From Clostridia bacterium (GTDB lineage Bacteria > Bacillota > Clostridia > Christensenellales > UBA1242): DNA of 64,000 nucleotides. The stretch's first letter is position 1. Each line of letters opens with the position of its first letter. The DNA is taken from NCBI GenBank assembly GCA_045635805.1, contig JAZTWI010000001.1:213627-277626 (forward strand). Direction: 5' to 3'. This document shows positions 1-7,217 of this stretch, in pieces. The position numbers and the translations under genes were made by a program. The notes beneath the pieces were generated by a model. The model made no database searches and was not told the DNA's origin. It saw only the letters and a list, made by a program, of their open reading frames with translations.

Positions 1-498
1 TACTATGTTTACGTTGAATTGGGTTTGCAAACTGCTAACGAAAAAGTAGCAGAGAAATTTAATAGGGGTTATACCACAGCAGACTTTATAAAAGCAGTTA
101 AAATTCTTAATAAATATGGCATAGATATTGTGACTCATATAATGGTAGGACTGCCTTATGAACAAGAAGATGACATAATAGATACTGTAAATCTAATAAA
201 TTCACTAGATATTATGGGTGTAAAGATACACTCTACTTATATCATTAAAGATACTGCATTAGAGAAAATTTATTTAGAAGGTAAATACACACCACTGACA
301 TTAGAGAGATATGTTGATTCAGTGTGTTATATTCTATCGCACTTAAGACCAGAAATTATAATCTGCAGAATAACAGGTGATGCGCCTAAAGATATTCTTG
401 TAGAGCCAGAGTGGAATGCTCACAAAAAAATTATTCTTAATAGCATAAATAAAGCCCTAGCAGATAAAGACATAGTGCAGGGTAAAGAGTATAAATAA
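1..498 (+). CDS. TIGR01212-family radical SAM protein, C-terminal fragment (5' end outside window)
   Basis: Frame 1 is open from nt 1 (YYVYVELGLQT...). Motifs VELGLQT, GVKIHS, CRITGDAP and EPEWNAHKK fit the C-terminal half of YtqA/YhcC-type radical SAM proteins. The track start at 19 is an internal TTG. Confidence 0.65.
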   Translation, partial: YYVYVELGLQTANEKVAEKFNRGYTTADFIKAVKILNKYGIDIVTHIMVGLPYEQEDDIIDTVNLINSLDIMGVKIHSTYIIKDTALEKIYLEGKYTPLTLERYVDSVCYILSHLRPEIIICRITGDAPKDILVEPEWNAHKKIILNSINKALADKDIVQGKEYK

Positions 499-527
499 AA
501 AAGATTAATAAGTTAAGGTTGCTTAAT

Positions 528-1505
528 ATGATAAAAAAAATAAAAGAAAACAACTTAATTTTAAGTGAAGACAAAAAAACATATATTATAGAATCCATTA
601 AAATTTTTCTACAAAAAGAGAAATATGGCTTTGAAACACGATATAAATCTTGGATATATTGTCATAGTTATTTTATGGAATTGAAAAAATGTAATAGTGG
701 GAAGAAGTTTAAAGAATTAAATGAAGTTGATAAAAAATTATCACTATTAAATCTTAGTGGATATCTTGCTAGTTGGGGTATGTATCGTGGAAGTTCTTTT
801 ACTTTGCAATATGATTATACTATTTTTGAAAATGTGATATCTATTATTTTAGATAACAAATATAAAATGCTTTGGGATTTGGATTATAATACTATAAAGA
901 ATAGTAAAGAAGAAGTAAGGGATTTGCTTATTTCTATTCGAAAAGAAATAAATGATTCGCTAAATGAGTATAGAGAATTTTTCAATAATAAGAGCAGGTT
1001 ATCAATAAAGAAAAAAGAAGATTCCTTAGTAAGTCAAACATTAGTAACAAAGATTTTATTGGGAACGATTTGTTGTTGTCCTGCATATGATACTTATTTT
1101 TCTAATAGTATAGGTGGAAACTTTAATGACTTTAATGATAATGAAAAGGTAGATAATTTATTGGAATTAATTATAAGAAATAATGTTTTTAATGATTTAA
1201 GTAGAAAAACAAATTATCCACTTATGAAAATTGTTGATATGGCATATTTCAATATTGGTATAGAAACAAAATTTTATAATTATTATCATAAATACATTAA
1301 AAATGGAGAGGAACCACAGGATAAGGAAGTATGGAGAGATATAGTTAAATCAATTAATCAGTTTTATTATAAAATGAATAAAGCAGAAAATTTTAAAGTC
1401 CATACTGCATTTGATTGTAATCAAGTCGTAGTCGAAAATTTTATAAATAAGTATAAATTGAAAATAGATAATGCCGTTTTACGTGCTGAGAATGATAAAA
1501 AATAA
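528..1505 (+). CDS. hypothetical protein (orphan, AT-rich)
   Basis: ATG 528 has AAGG 9 nt upstream; the track TTG 519 lies 3 codons earlier. 325 aa with no motif I can assign. Visibly more AT-rich than neighbouring housekeeping genes and next to the tRNA-Arg locus. Confidence 0.55.
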   Translation: MIKKIKENNLILSEDKKTYIIESIKIFLQKEKYGFETRYKSWIYCHSYFMELKKCNSGKKFKELNEVDKKLSLLNLSGYLASWGMYRGSSFTLQYDYTIFENVISIILDNKYKMLWDLDYNTIKNSKEEVRDLLISIRKEINDSLNEYREFFNNKSRLSIKKKEDSLVSQTLVTKILLGTICCCPAYDTYFSNSIGGNFNDFNDNEKVDNLLELIIRNNVFNDLSRKTNYPLMKIVDMAYFNIGIETKFYNYYHKYIKNGEEPQDKEVWRDIVKSINQFYYKMNKAENFKVHTAFDCNQVVVENFINKYKLKIDNAVLRAENDKK

Positions 1506-1577
1506 AATAATTAAAGAGCAAATGATAAGTTGTCAGATGTTCTTTTTTATAGAAAAGATATTTTCATAAGTGTTTGT

Positions 1578-1712
1578 TGGTGCACCCATAAAGGACTCGT
1601 ATTGAGCGAAGCGGCAATTGTCGGGCAGGGTTCCCGACTACCTTCCACAACTTGTTGGGGGTTCAAGATATAAATATCTAACAAGTCGAAGACTTGGAGT
1701 CCACCTGTGTGC
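1578..1712 (-). other. tRNA-Arg-derived tRNA-like element (gutted tRNA copy or att-type scar)
   Basis: RNA sense: 5' GCACACA ... hairpin-rich interior ... CGAGUCCUUUAUGGGUGCACCA 3'. The 3' end matches the tRNA-Arg 3' end (CGAGUCCUCCUGGGUGCACCA). The 5' 7-mer matches its acceptor strand 6/7. No D, anticodon or T arm can be drawn. Confidence 0.3.
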
Positions 1713-1714
1713 AC

Positions 1715-1735
1715 AAAAAAAGAGCCAAGGGCTCT
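1715..1735 (-). terminator. Rho-independent terminator of tRNA-Arg
   Basis: On the minus strand AGAGCC-CUU-GGCUCU is followed by a 6-7 U run (plus-strand A run 1715-1721), 8 nt downstream of the tRNA CCA end. Confidence 0.6.
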
Positions 1736-1743
1736 TATATTTG

Positions 1744-1820
1744 TGGTGCACCCAGGAGGACTCGAACCCCCAACCTTCTGGTCCGTAGCCAGACGCTCTA
1801 TCCAATTGGGCTATGAGTGC
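1744..1820 (-). tRNA. tRNA-Arg (anticodon ACG), CCA encoded
   Basis: Reverse complement GCACUCAUAGCCCAAUUGGAUAGAGCGUCUGGCUACGGACCAGAAGGUUGGGGGUUCGAGUCCUCCUGGGUGCACCA folds as a cloverleaf. Anticodon arm is UCUGG-CUACGGA-CCAGA. There is one C12-A23 mismatch in the D stem. Confidence 0.9.
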
Positions 1821-1839
1821 ATATTCAATTCACCTACAT

Positions 1840-1868
1840 ATTTTAATGCAAAATGTTTGTTTTGTCAA
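1840..1868 (-). promoter_or_regulatory. sigma-A-type promoter for tRNA-Arg
   Basis: Minus strand reads TTGACA-17 nt-TAAAAT, ending about 19 nt before the tRNA 5' end. Confidence 0.5.
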
Positions 1869-1944
1869 TAATATTGATTATTATTTATAGAAAGGTTTTG
1901 ATAATAAAATGGGTGGGTGTAAGTGTTATTTATAACTACTTTAT

Positions 1945-1973
1945 TTGACTTTAACTTGTATAAATTGTATACT
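1945..1973 (+). promoter_or_regulatory. sigma-A-type promoter for the 2012-3995 membrane-protein operon
   Basis: TTGACT (1945-1950), 17 nt spacer, TATACT (1968-1973). Confidence 0.5.
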
Positions 1974-2011
1974 CAAAAAAGATAAGGAAATATTTAAATA
2001 AGGAGAGCCTT

Positions 2012-2095
2012 ATGTTTAAGTTGTTGAGAAAAATATTTAAGTTCATTCTAATCTTTATTGCACTTGCATTATTTTATTGGTATGTTGTTAGATGA
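2012..2095 (+). CDS. 27-aa hydrophobic micropeptide (below the ORF-track size cut-off)
   Basis: AAGGAGAG RBS ends 3-4 nt before ATG 2012. Product is MFKLLRKIFKFILIFIALALFYWYVVR. Its TGA (2093-2095) overlaps ATG 2092 of the next gene (ATGA coupling). The promoter at 1945 sits just upstream. Confidence 0.4.
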   Translation: MFKLLRKIFKFILIFIALALFYWYVVR

Positions 2096-2967
2096 TAAGA
2101 GAATTTTGGCAAGAAGTAAAAGAAGAAAGAAAAGAACGTAAACGACTTAAAAAACAAAGAAAAAAAATGGCTCTCACGGGTGAACAAAAAGCGACCAAAA
2201 TATTCGGAATATTATTTGGTTTTTTTGTTTTCTTTGGTTCTATCTTTTATGCTTGTAGTGGTTTTTCTTTAGATGGTTTTACACTATCTTGGGGACAGAT
2301 AATTGGTTTAGACCAGGAGATTGTTGAGCAGTTAGAAGAACCAGTGGACGAAAATTTACTCCTTATTGATGGCAGGATTACTAGTGATGACTATATGTCA
2401 TTTATTAATGCGTGGATTGCTGCCGGTGCAGACCCATCATACTTCGATGAAAATGGCGAACTAGTTGATAAAGAAATTGAAGACGAAGATGTTGATGAAG
2501 CAGAATTTATATATATAGATACTACACTCAGTCTCACAGGTAAAGAGATAGGTGGTTGGTGTAGGGAAACTAATATTGACCTAGGATATGTTGGTACTAT
2601 GGATATCCTAGATATGAAATTTTATAAAGAAGGTGAGCAATATTATTTATCTACTATTGCTTTATGTAAACTAAGTAAATTACTAGAAAGTGATGAGATT
2701 CCTAATGTTTATCTAAAAACAATTACACCTATTAAAATACTAGATGGCAATATTACTACTCTTGGTTGTGAATTGTATATAAATAATCTAAGCGAAGAGT
2801 CTAATAAGGTAGTTGTAGATAAAATAAATCAGCTCACTAGCAATAAACTAACAACACTAGTAAATGACCTAGTTGTTACAGCATATATTAATCCACTAAA
2901 AACTATATTTAATGCAAGTATGGAACTTACCGATAATGGTATAGCCTTTATTCCTTTAGATGCTTAA
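2092..2967 (+). CDS. hypothetical N-terminally anchored acidic protein
   Basis: 291 aa. Lys/Arg-rich N-terminus (KERKERKRLKKQRKK), one TM segment (IFGILFGFFVFFGSIFYACSGF) and an acidic extracytoplasmic domain. No recognisable family. Confidence 0.55.
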   Translation: MIREFWQEVKEERKERKRLKKQRKKMALTGEQKATKIFGILFGFFVFFGSIFYACSGFSLDGFTLSWGQIIGLDQEIVEQLEEPVDENLLLIDGRITSDDYMSFINAWIAAGADPSYFDENGELVDKEIEDEDVDEAEFIYIDTTLSLTGKEIGGWCRETNIDLGYVGTMDILDMKFYKEGEQYYLSTIALCKLSKLLESDEIPNVYLKTITPIKILDGNITTLGCELYINNLSEESNKVVVDKINQLTSNKLTTLVNDLVVTAYINPLKTIFNASMELTDNGIAFIPLDA

Positions 2968-3044
2968 TTTGATTGCTAAAAATAGGTAATTAGTGATAAA
3001 ATAATAATGTTAAAATGGAAAAAAATAAAAGTAGGTAGAGAAAA

Positions 3045-3995
3045 ATGTTTAGTCTATTTAGTTTAGCACATTTTGTTTATATCTTTGTTGCTATTTTATT
3101 AGTAGTAGGTATGGTATTTGTGCTCAGAAAATTTCAGTCTAATAAAGAGCAAAATCTTGCCCTTGCTATTTTACTAGGGGCGATGGTTTTCTTTGTTGTC
3201 TTAGAATTAGTCGGTAGAATAATTACGGTTGAGCCATTTAAATTCTTTAATCATTTACCACTTAATGCATTTCAGGTTTTCGTATGGGTGTCTATGTTTG
3301 CATATTTCTCAAGAAGACTGTCTTGGATTAAATTTGGTTACTTGATTATTGTTCCGATATCTGCTATTTCTATTATATTCGTTCCTACTATTTATACAAC
3401 TATGGGTAGTTTCTCACTATCTCTAGTGTCATATGTGATAATAAATGCATTACTTATTGTATATTCAATAGTGTCTCTACTATATACAAGATACGACCTT
3501 GAGCACAAAGATGTGTATAATTCAGTTATTAATTTAATTATTATTGTAGCTATTGGTCATATTGTCAATGTTGTCCTTAGATTTACAGCTTGGGGATTAC
3601 AGGCTGACTACTTTGGTACTATGGCAGAAGGATATAATCTATATATCTCTTGGATTTCTAAATTAATTCCTATACCATTTGTTGTAATGCTTCCATTATT
3701 TGCAGCAATGTTTGGTGTGGCATATTTAGTAAAGATTCCTTTTGATGTTATTAAGAGTAGAAAAGAAAAACAAGAACAATTAGAAGAAATTATTGCACTT
3801 GGAAATTTAAAAGAGCAACAGAAATTTAGAGAAGAAGAAAGGGCTAGTAAGAAGGCTAAATCTCAAGTACTTGTAAAGCCAGATGTTAAGGCTACTCCTG
3901 AGGCTGCTAAAAATCCTAATAATGCTACATCAAAGTCAGGTTTTCTAAATACTCAAAAAGAAGTTAAAGTAGATAATACTAGAAAACATAATTAA
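3045..3995 (+). CDS. polytopic membrane protein, possibly YwaF/TIGR02206-like, with a Lys/Glu-rich C-terminal tail
   Basis: 316 aa with 6-7 hydrophobic segments. The N-terminal FSLFSLAHF motif resembles the YwaF family. The last ~90 aa are charged low-complexity sequence. Confidence 0.45.
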   Translation: MFSLFSLAHFVYIFVAILLVVGMVFVLRKFQSNKEQNLALAILLGAMVFFVVLELVGRIITVEPFKFFNHLPLNAFQVFVWVSMFAYFSRRLSWIKFGYLIIVPISAISIIFVPTIYTTMGSFSLSLVSYVIINALLIVYSIVSLLYTRYDLEHKDVYNSVINLIIIVAIGHIVNVVLRFTAWGLQADYFGTMAEGYNLYISWISKLIPIPFVVMLPLFAAMFGVAYLVKIPFDVIKSRKEKQEQLEEIIALGNLKEQQKFREEERASKKAKSQVLVKPDVKATPEAAKNPNNATSKSGFLNTQKEVKVDNTRKHN

Positions 3996-4010
3996 ATATA
4001 AGATATTAAA

Positions 4011-4040
4011 ACTCTCATAATTTAATATGGGAGTTTTTTT
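4011..4040 (+). terminator. Rho-independent terminator
   Basis: ACTCTCATA-6 nt-TATGGGAGT hairpin (one G-U pair) followed by T7. Confidence 0.7.
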
Positions 4041-4054
4041 ATTGTGTAGAGAGA

Positions 4055-4086
4055 CAAAAGAGCAGAAGATTGTTTGTCTTCTGCTC
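4055..4086 (-). terminator. terminator of the ABC transporter operon
   Basis: 10-bp stem GAGCAGAAGA/TCTTCTGCTC with a 7-nt loop, followed on the minus strand by a short U tract. Confidence 0.55.
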
Positions 4087-4101
4087 CTAAAATTTATTAA
4101 T

Positions 4102-4905
4102 CTAAGACTGTAATTTCTTGCTTACTTTTTTCTCAATATATGCCACGATAAAATACATTAGTGCTGCTAGTATACAGAGTATTATTGTGCTAGTCATAAC
4201 TAAATCAATATTGAAGATTTGGCTTCCGTAAATTATTAGATATCCTAGTCCTGCTTTACTGACTAAATATTCTCCCATAATTGTTCCTACCCAGGTAAGT
4301 CCCACATTGATTTTTAAGAGACTAATAAACTCACTAAGTGAACTAGGAATTATTAGTTTTATTAGTATTTGGAATTTATTTGCAGACATGCTCTTTAGTA
4401 ACATAATTTTGCTACTCTCTACTTGGTTAAAAGCATTTAACATAGATATAATAGTTATGATTATCATAATAAGAATATCCATTGTAACTATCGCACTTGC
4501 ACCAACTCCAACCCAGATGATAATAAGTGGGCCAAGGGCAATCTTAGGTAGGGAATTTAGAACAACTATATATGGGTCTAGTATTCGCCTTAAGGTTTCA
4601 TTCCACCATAGTAGTATAGCGATAAGGCTACCACCAAGGGTGGCAATTAAAAATCCTATTATTGCTTCACCTAGAGTTGTGAATATATGAGTAAATAGTG
4701 AACCTGATGAGTACAGTTCTCCTATAGTTTTTATAATTCTGCTAGGGGAAGAGACGATAAATGTATCAATTAGCTGAAAGTGTGCTAAAATTTCCCATAG
4801 ACCAAAAAATATTATTAGTATAGATAATTGTGCTGAAAGTATTAATATTTTTTTAGTTCGTTCTTTTTTTAGATAAGTCTTATATTCTTTTGATGTCTCA
4901 CTCAT
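4102..4905 (-). CDS. ABC transporter permease (NitT/TauT-type, BPD_transp_1)
   Basis: Six TM segments and a typical EAA-region layout. ATG 4905 has a GGGAGG RBS and overlaps the upstream TGA (ATGA). Confidence 0.75.
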   Translation of the reverse strand: MSETSKEYKTYLKKERTKKILILSAQLSILIIFFGLWEILAHFQLIDTFIVSSPSRIIKTIGELYSSGSLFTHIFTTLGEAIIGFLIATLGGSLIAILLWWNETLRRILDPYIVVLNSLPKIALGPLIIIWVGVGASAIVTMDILIMIIITIISMLNAFNQVESSKIMLLKSMSANKFQILIKLIIPSSLSEFISLLKINVGLTWVGTIMGEYLVSKAGLGYLIIYGSQIFNIDLVMTSTIILCILAALMYFIVAYIEKKVSKKLQS

Positions 4906-5645
4906 TTTAGTTCCTCCCAAATTTTGTCAAAGTATTCTTTGGTTAAGGGAGATTGTCTTCTCTGTAGTGGTGTTAGTGTTTTATCAAAAGAAAGAACTAT
5001 GTCTTCTTTTACACTGGCTGGTCTATGTGAGAGAATGATTATTCTATCGCTCAGAGAGATTGCTTCGCTCAAATCGTGCGTGACTAGTATGGCAGTAAGA
5101 TTTTCTTTTTTTATAATATCATATACGTCGTCACAGACATTGAGTCTGGTCTGAAAGTCTAGTGCACTGAAGGCTTCATCTAGTAATAAGATACTAGGCT
5201 TTAGCGTTAGTGTTCTAATGAGCGCAACTCTCTGTCTCATGCCACCAGATAATTCTCTAGGGTATTTATCTCTAAAGTCCCATAGGTTATATTTCTTTAA
5301 GAGTTCATTTGCGTAGTTGATATTCTCTTTCGTCTTTTTACCTTGTAACTCTAGTCCTAGATATACATTATTTGCTATCGTTCTCCACTCTAATAGATTG
5401 TCTTTTTGAAACATATATCCTATAAAGGAACTATTATTATTAGAGTCTAAAATTATTTCTCCTTTGGTTGGTGATAGGAGTCCACTTATCAAGTGTAGTA
5501 TTGTGGTTTTTCCACAGCCACTAGGTCCAACTATGCTAACAAATTCGCCGTATTCTATATCTATATTTATACTATCTAGTGCTTTGGTTTCACCGCTTGA
5601 ACTAAAATAGGTGAGCCCTATGTCTTTTAAAGATAATAGCGACAT
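4902..5645 (-). CDS. ABC transporter ATP-binding protein (nitrate/sulfonate/taurine family)
   Basis: Walker A GPSGCGKTT, signature LSGGMRQR, Walker B ILLLDEAFS. ATG 5645 is preceded by GGAG; the track start 5663 is a 6-codon extension. Confidence 0.85.
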   Translation of the reverse strand: MSLLSLKDIGLTYFSSSGETKALDSINIDIEYGEFVSIVGPSGCGKTTILHLISGLLSPTKGEIILDSNNNSSFIGYMFQKDNLLEWRTIANNVYLGLELQGKKTKENINYANELLKKYNLWDFRDKYPRELSGGMRQRVALIRTLTLKPSILLLDEAFSALDFQTRLNVCDDVYDIIKKENLTAILVTHDLSEAISLSDRIIILSHRPASVKEDIVLSFDKTLTPLQRRQSPLTKEYFDKIWEELK

Positions 5646-5760
5646 GTTATATTCTCCTATCAAAAATTAAGGTAATAAATATCACCTTACCACATTATAT
5701 TTAAAAGTTCCATAAAGTGTGAAAAAAGACACAAACAAATATGTGTTTGTGTCTATATTT

Positions 5761-6747
5761 TTAAGCACTTAATTCTTGTAATACAGATGTGGCTATTGTA
5801 TTGTCTACTACCTTAGAGTAGGCGATATCGGTATCTAGTGTTCCAGAACTTTTTAGAACTTTGATTAGATTGTTGTATGCGACTTCAGTCATAATAGGAC
5901 TGCTAGACCATGCATCAATAGCGATATAATTTTGAATACTTTGTTTTATTAGTGCATCGCTTGTTCCGTCAAAAGACGGTCTCAAACTGACAACAATATC
6001 ATCTATATTGGCAGAAACTAGATAGTTATATGCTTTTACAATCGCTTTTAAAAAGTTTTTAACTAGTTCGGGATTTTCATTTATATAACTTTTATTGGCC
6101 ATAAATGCTGTAAATGGAACTTCGCCAGACTCGGCTCCAACACTTGCAAGTACATATCCTTTTTGATTGTTTTCTATAGTACTAGCGACAGGTTCAAATG
6201 CTGTAACAAAGTCGCCCGTACCACCCATAAATGCGCCTGTAAGATTATCAAAAGCGATGTCGTAATTGATGGTGCAATTTACATTATTTTGCTTAATAGC
6301 ATATTCAAGCATCATAGCTGGCATACCACCTCTTCTACCACCTAAGATTTCTTTGCCTTCTAGGTCGCTCCACTTAAAATTCTCTATATCTTCTCTGCCA
6401 ATGATAAATGAACCATCTCTTTTTGTTAGTTGGCCAAATACTACAGGCAGGTCGCTTTTTCCTTGCGCTGCTACATATACTGCTGTTTCTGGTCCCATAA
6501 GTCCGATGTCTGCAGAACCACTGATGAGAGCAGACATACTTTTGTCTGAGCCACCACCATTGGTTAGTTCTATTTCTATGTCGTACTCTTCAAAGTATCC
6601 GTTATTGATAGCTATATAGAGTGGGGCATAGAAAATACTGTGTGTTACTTCGTTTATTCTAATTACATTTTTATCTTTGCCACAACCAAAGAGAGCAAAG
6701 GGTGTCATTAGAACCAAAGTAAGTATTGCAATTAAAAATTTTTTCAT
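5761..6747 (-). CDS. ABC substrate-binding lipoprotein (NMT1/THI5-like)
   Basis: Strong AGGAGG RBS and lipobox LFGC. The body is typical of NitT/TauT periplasmic binding proteins. Confidence 0.75.
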   Translation of the reverse strand: MKKFLIAILTLVLMTPFALFGCGKDKNVIRINEVTHSIFYAPLYIAINNGYFEEYDIEIELTNGGGSDKSMSALISGSADIGLMGPETAVYVAAQGKSDLPVVFGQLTKRDGSFIIGREDIENFKWSDLEGKEILGGRRGGMPAMMLEYAIKQNNVNCTINYDIAFDNLTGAFMGGTGDFVTAFEPVASTIENNQKGYVLASVGAESGEVPFTAFMANKSYINENPELVKNFLKAIVKAYNYLVSANIDDIVVSLRPSFDGTSDALIKQSIQNYIAIDAWSSSPIMTEVAYNNLIKVLKSSGTLDTDIAYSKVVDNTIATSVLQELSA

Positions 6748-6854
6748 TATTTACCTCCTAATGAAATTGCATACTTTAATATATTCATAATTTTTCTTTT
6801 TTGATAATTTTGGCTTTATATATAATATAAAAACTTTTTTATAGGTAAATAGGC

Positions 6855-6883
6855 TTGTAATTTTTAGTTTAGTTTGCTATACT
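6855..6883 (+). promoter_or_regulatory. sigma-A-type promoter for small ORF + valS
   Basis: TTGTAA-17 nt-TATACT. Confidence 0.45.
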
Positions 6884-6951
6884 CTAGTATGATTAATGGT
6901 TATAGCTATGCTATAATTTTTAATGAGAATATTAATCGAAGGAGAAAGACT

Positions 6952-7209
6952 ATGAATTTACTTTTAGGAACATTTAAAGATTTTTGGACAAACTTTATAG
7001 CAAGAATTTCAACAGTGGAAATGATTGTTGCTATTTGTTTTGCCGTCGTCGGTGTGTCACTTGCTATTATCGCTAGAAAAATTACTAGAGCAGTTAGAAA
7101 AGTCGATGAAATAGAAGACAATGACTCACTATACATTTCTTTGAAAGTTGTAGGTCTTGTTTGTCTATTCGTTGCAATACTTATTATCATATTTAGAGCA
7201 GGAGTTTAA
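6952..7209 (+). CDS. small two-TM membrane protein
   Basis: ATG 6952 follows GGAGAAAG. 85 aa with two hydrophobic helices. It ends 8 nt before valS. Confidence 0.5.
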   Translation: MNLLLGTFKDFWTNFIARISTVEMIVAICFAVVGVSLAIIARKITRAVRKVDEIEDNDSLYISLKVVGLVCLFVAILIIIFRAGV

Positions 7210-7217
7210 TATACAAG

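Noticed and set aside
1578-1712. The idea that the tRNA-like element is SRP (4.5S) RNA, tmRNA, tRNA-Sec or an intron-containing tRNA.
   Set aside because: There is no GGAA/GNAR tetraloop flanked by the AGCA / GGAAGCAGC symmetric-loop motif of SRP domain IV. The element is far too short for tmRNA and has no tag ORF. No arm has a 7-nt loop carrying U33 and a plausible anticodon. It is too short for a group I intron.
6748-6951. TPP (THI-box) riboswitch upstream of the NMT1/THI5-like binding-protein operon, or a T-box upstream of valS.
   Set aside because: No CUGAGA / ACCUGAUCUGGAUAAUGC-type THI-box elements appear on the minus strand, and no T-box core appears on the plus strand. The region is plain AT-rich promoter DNA.
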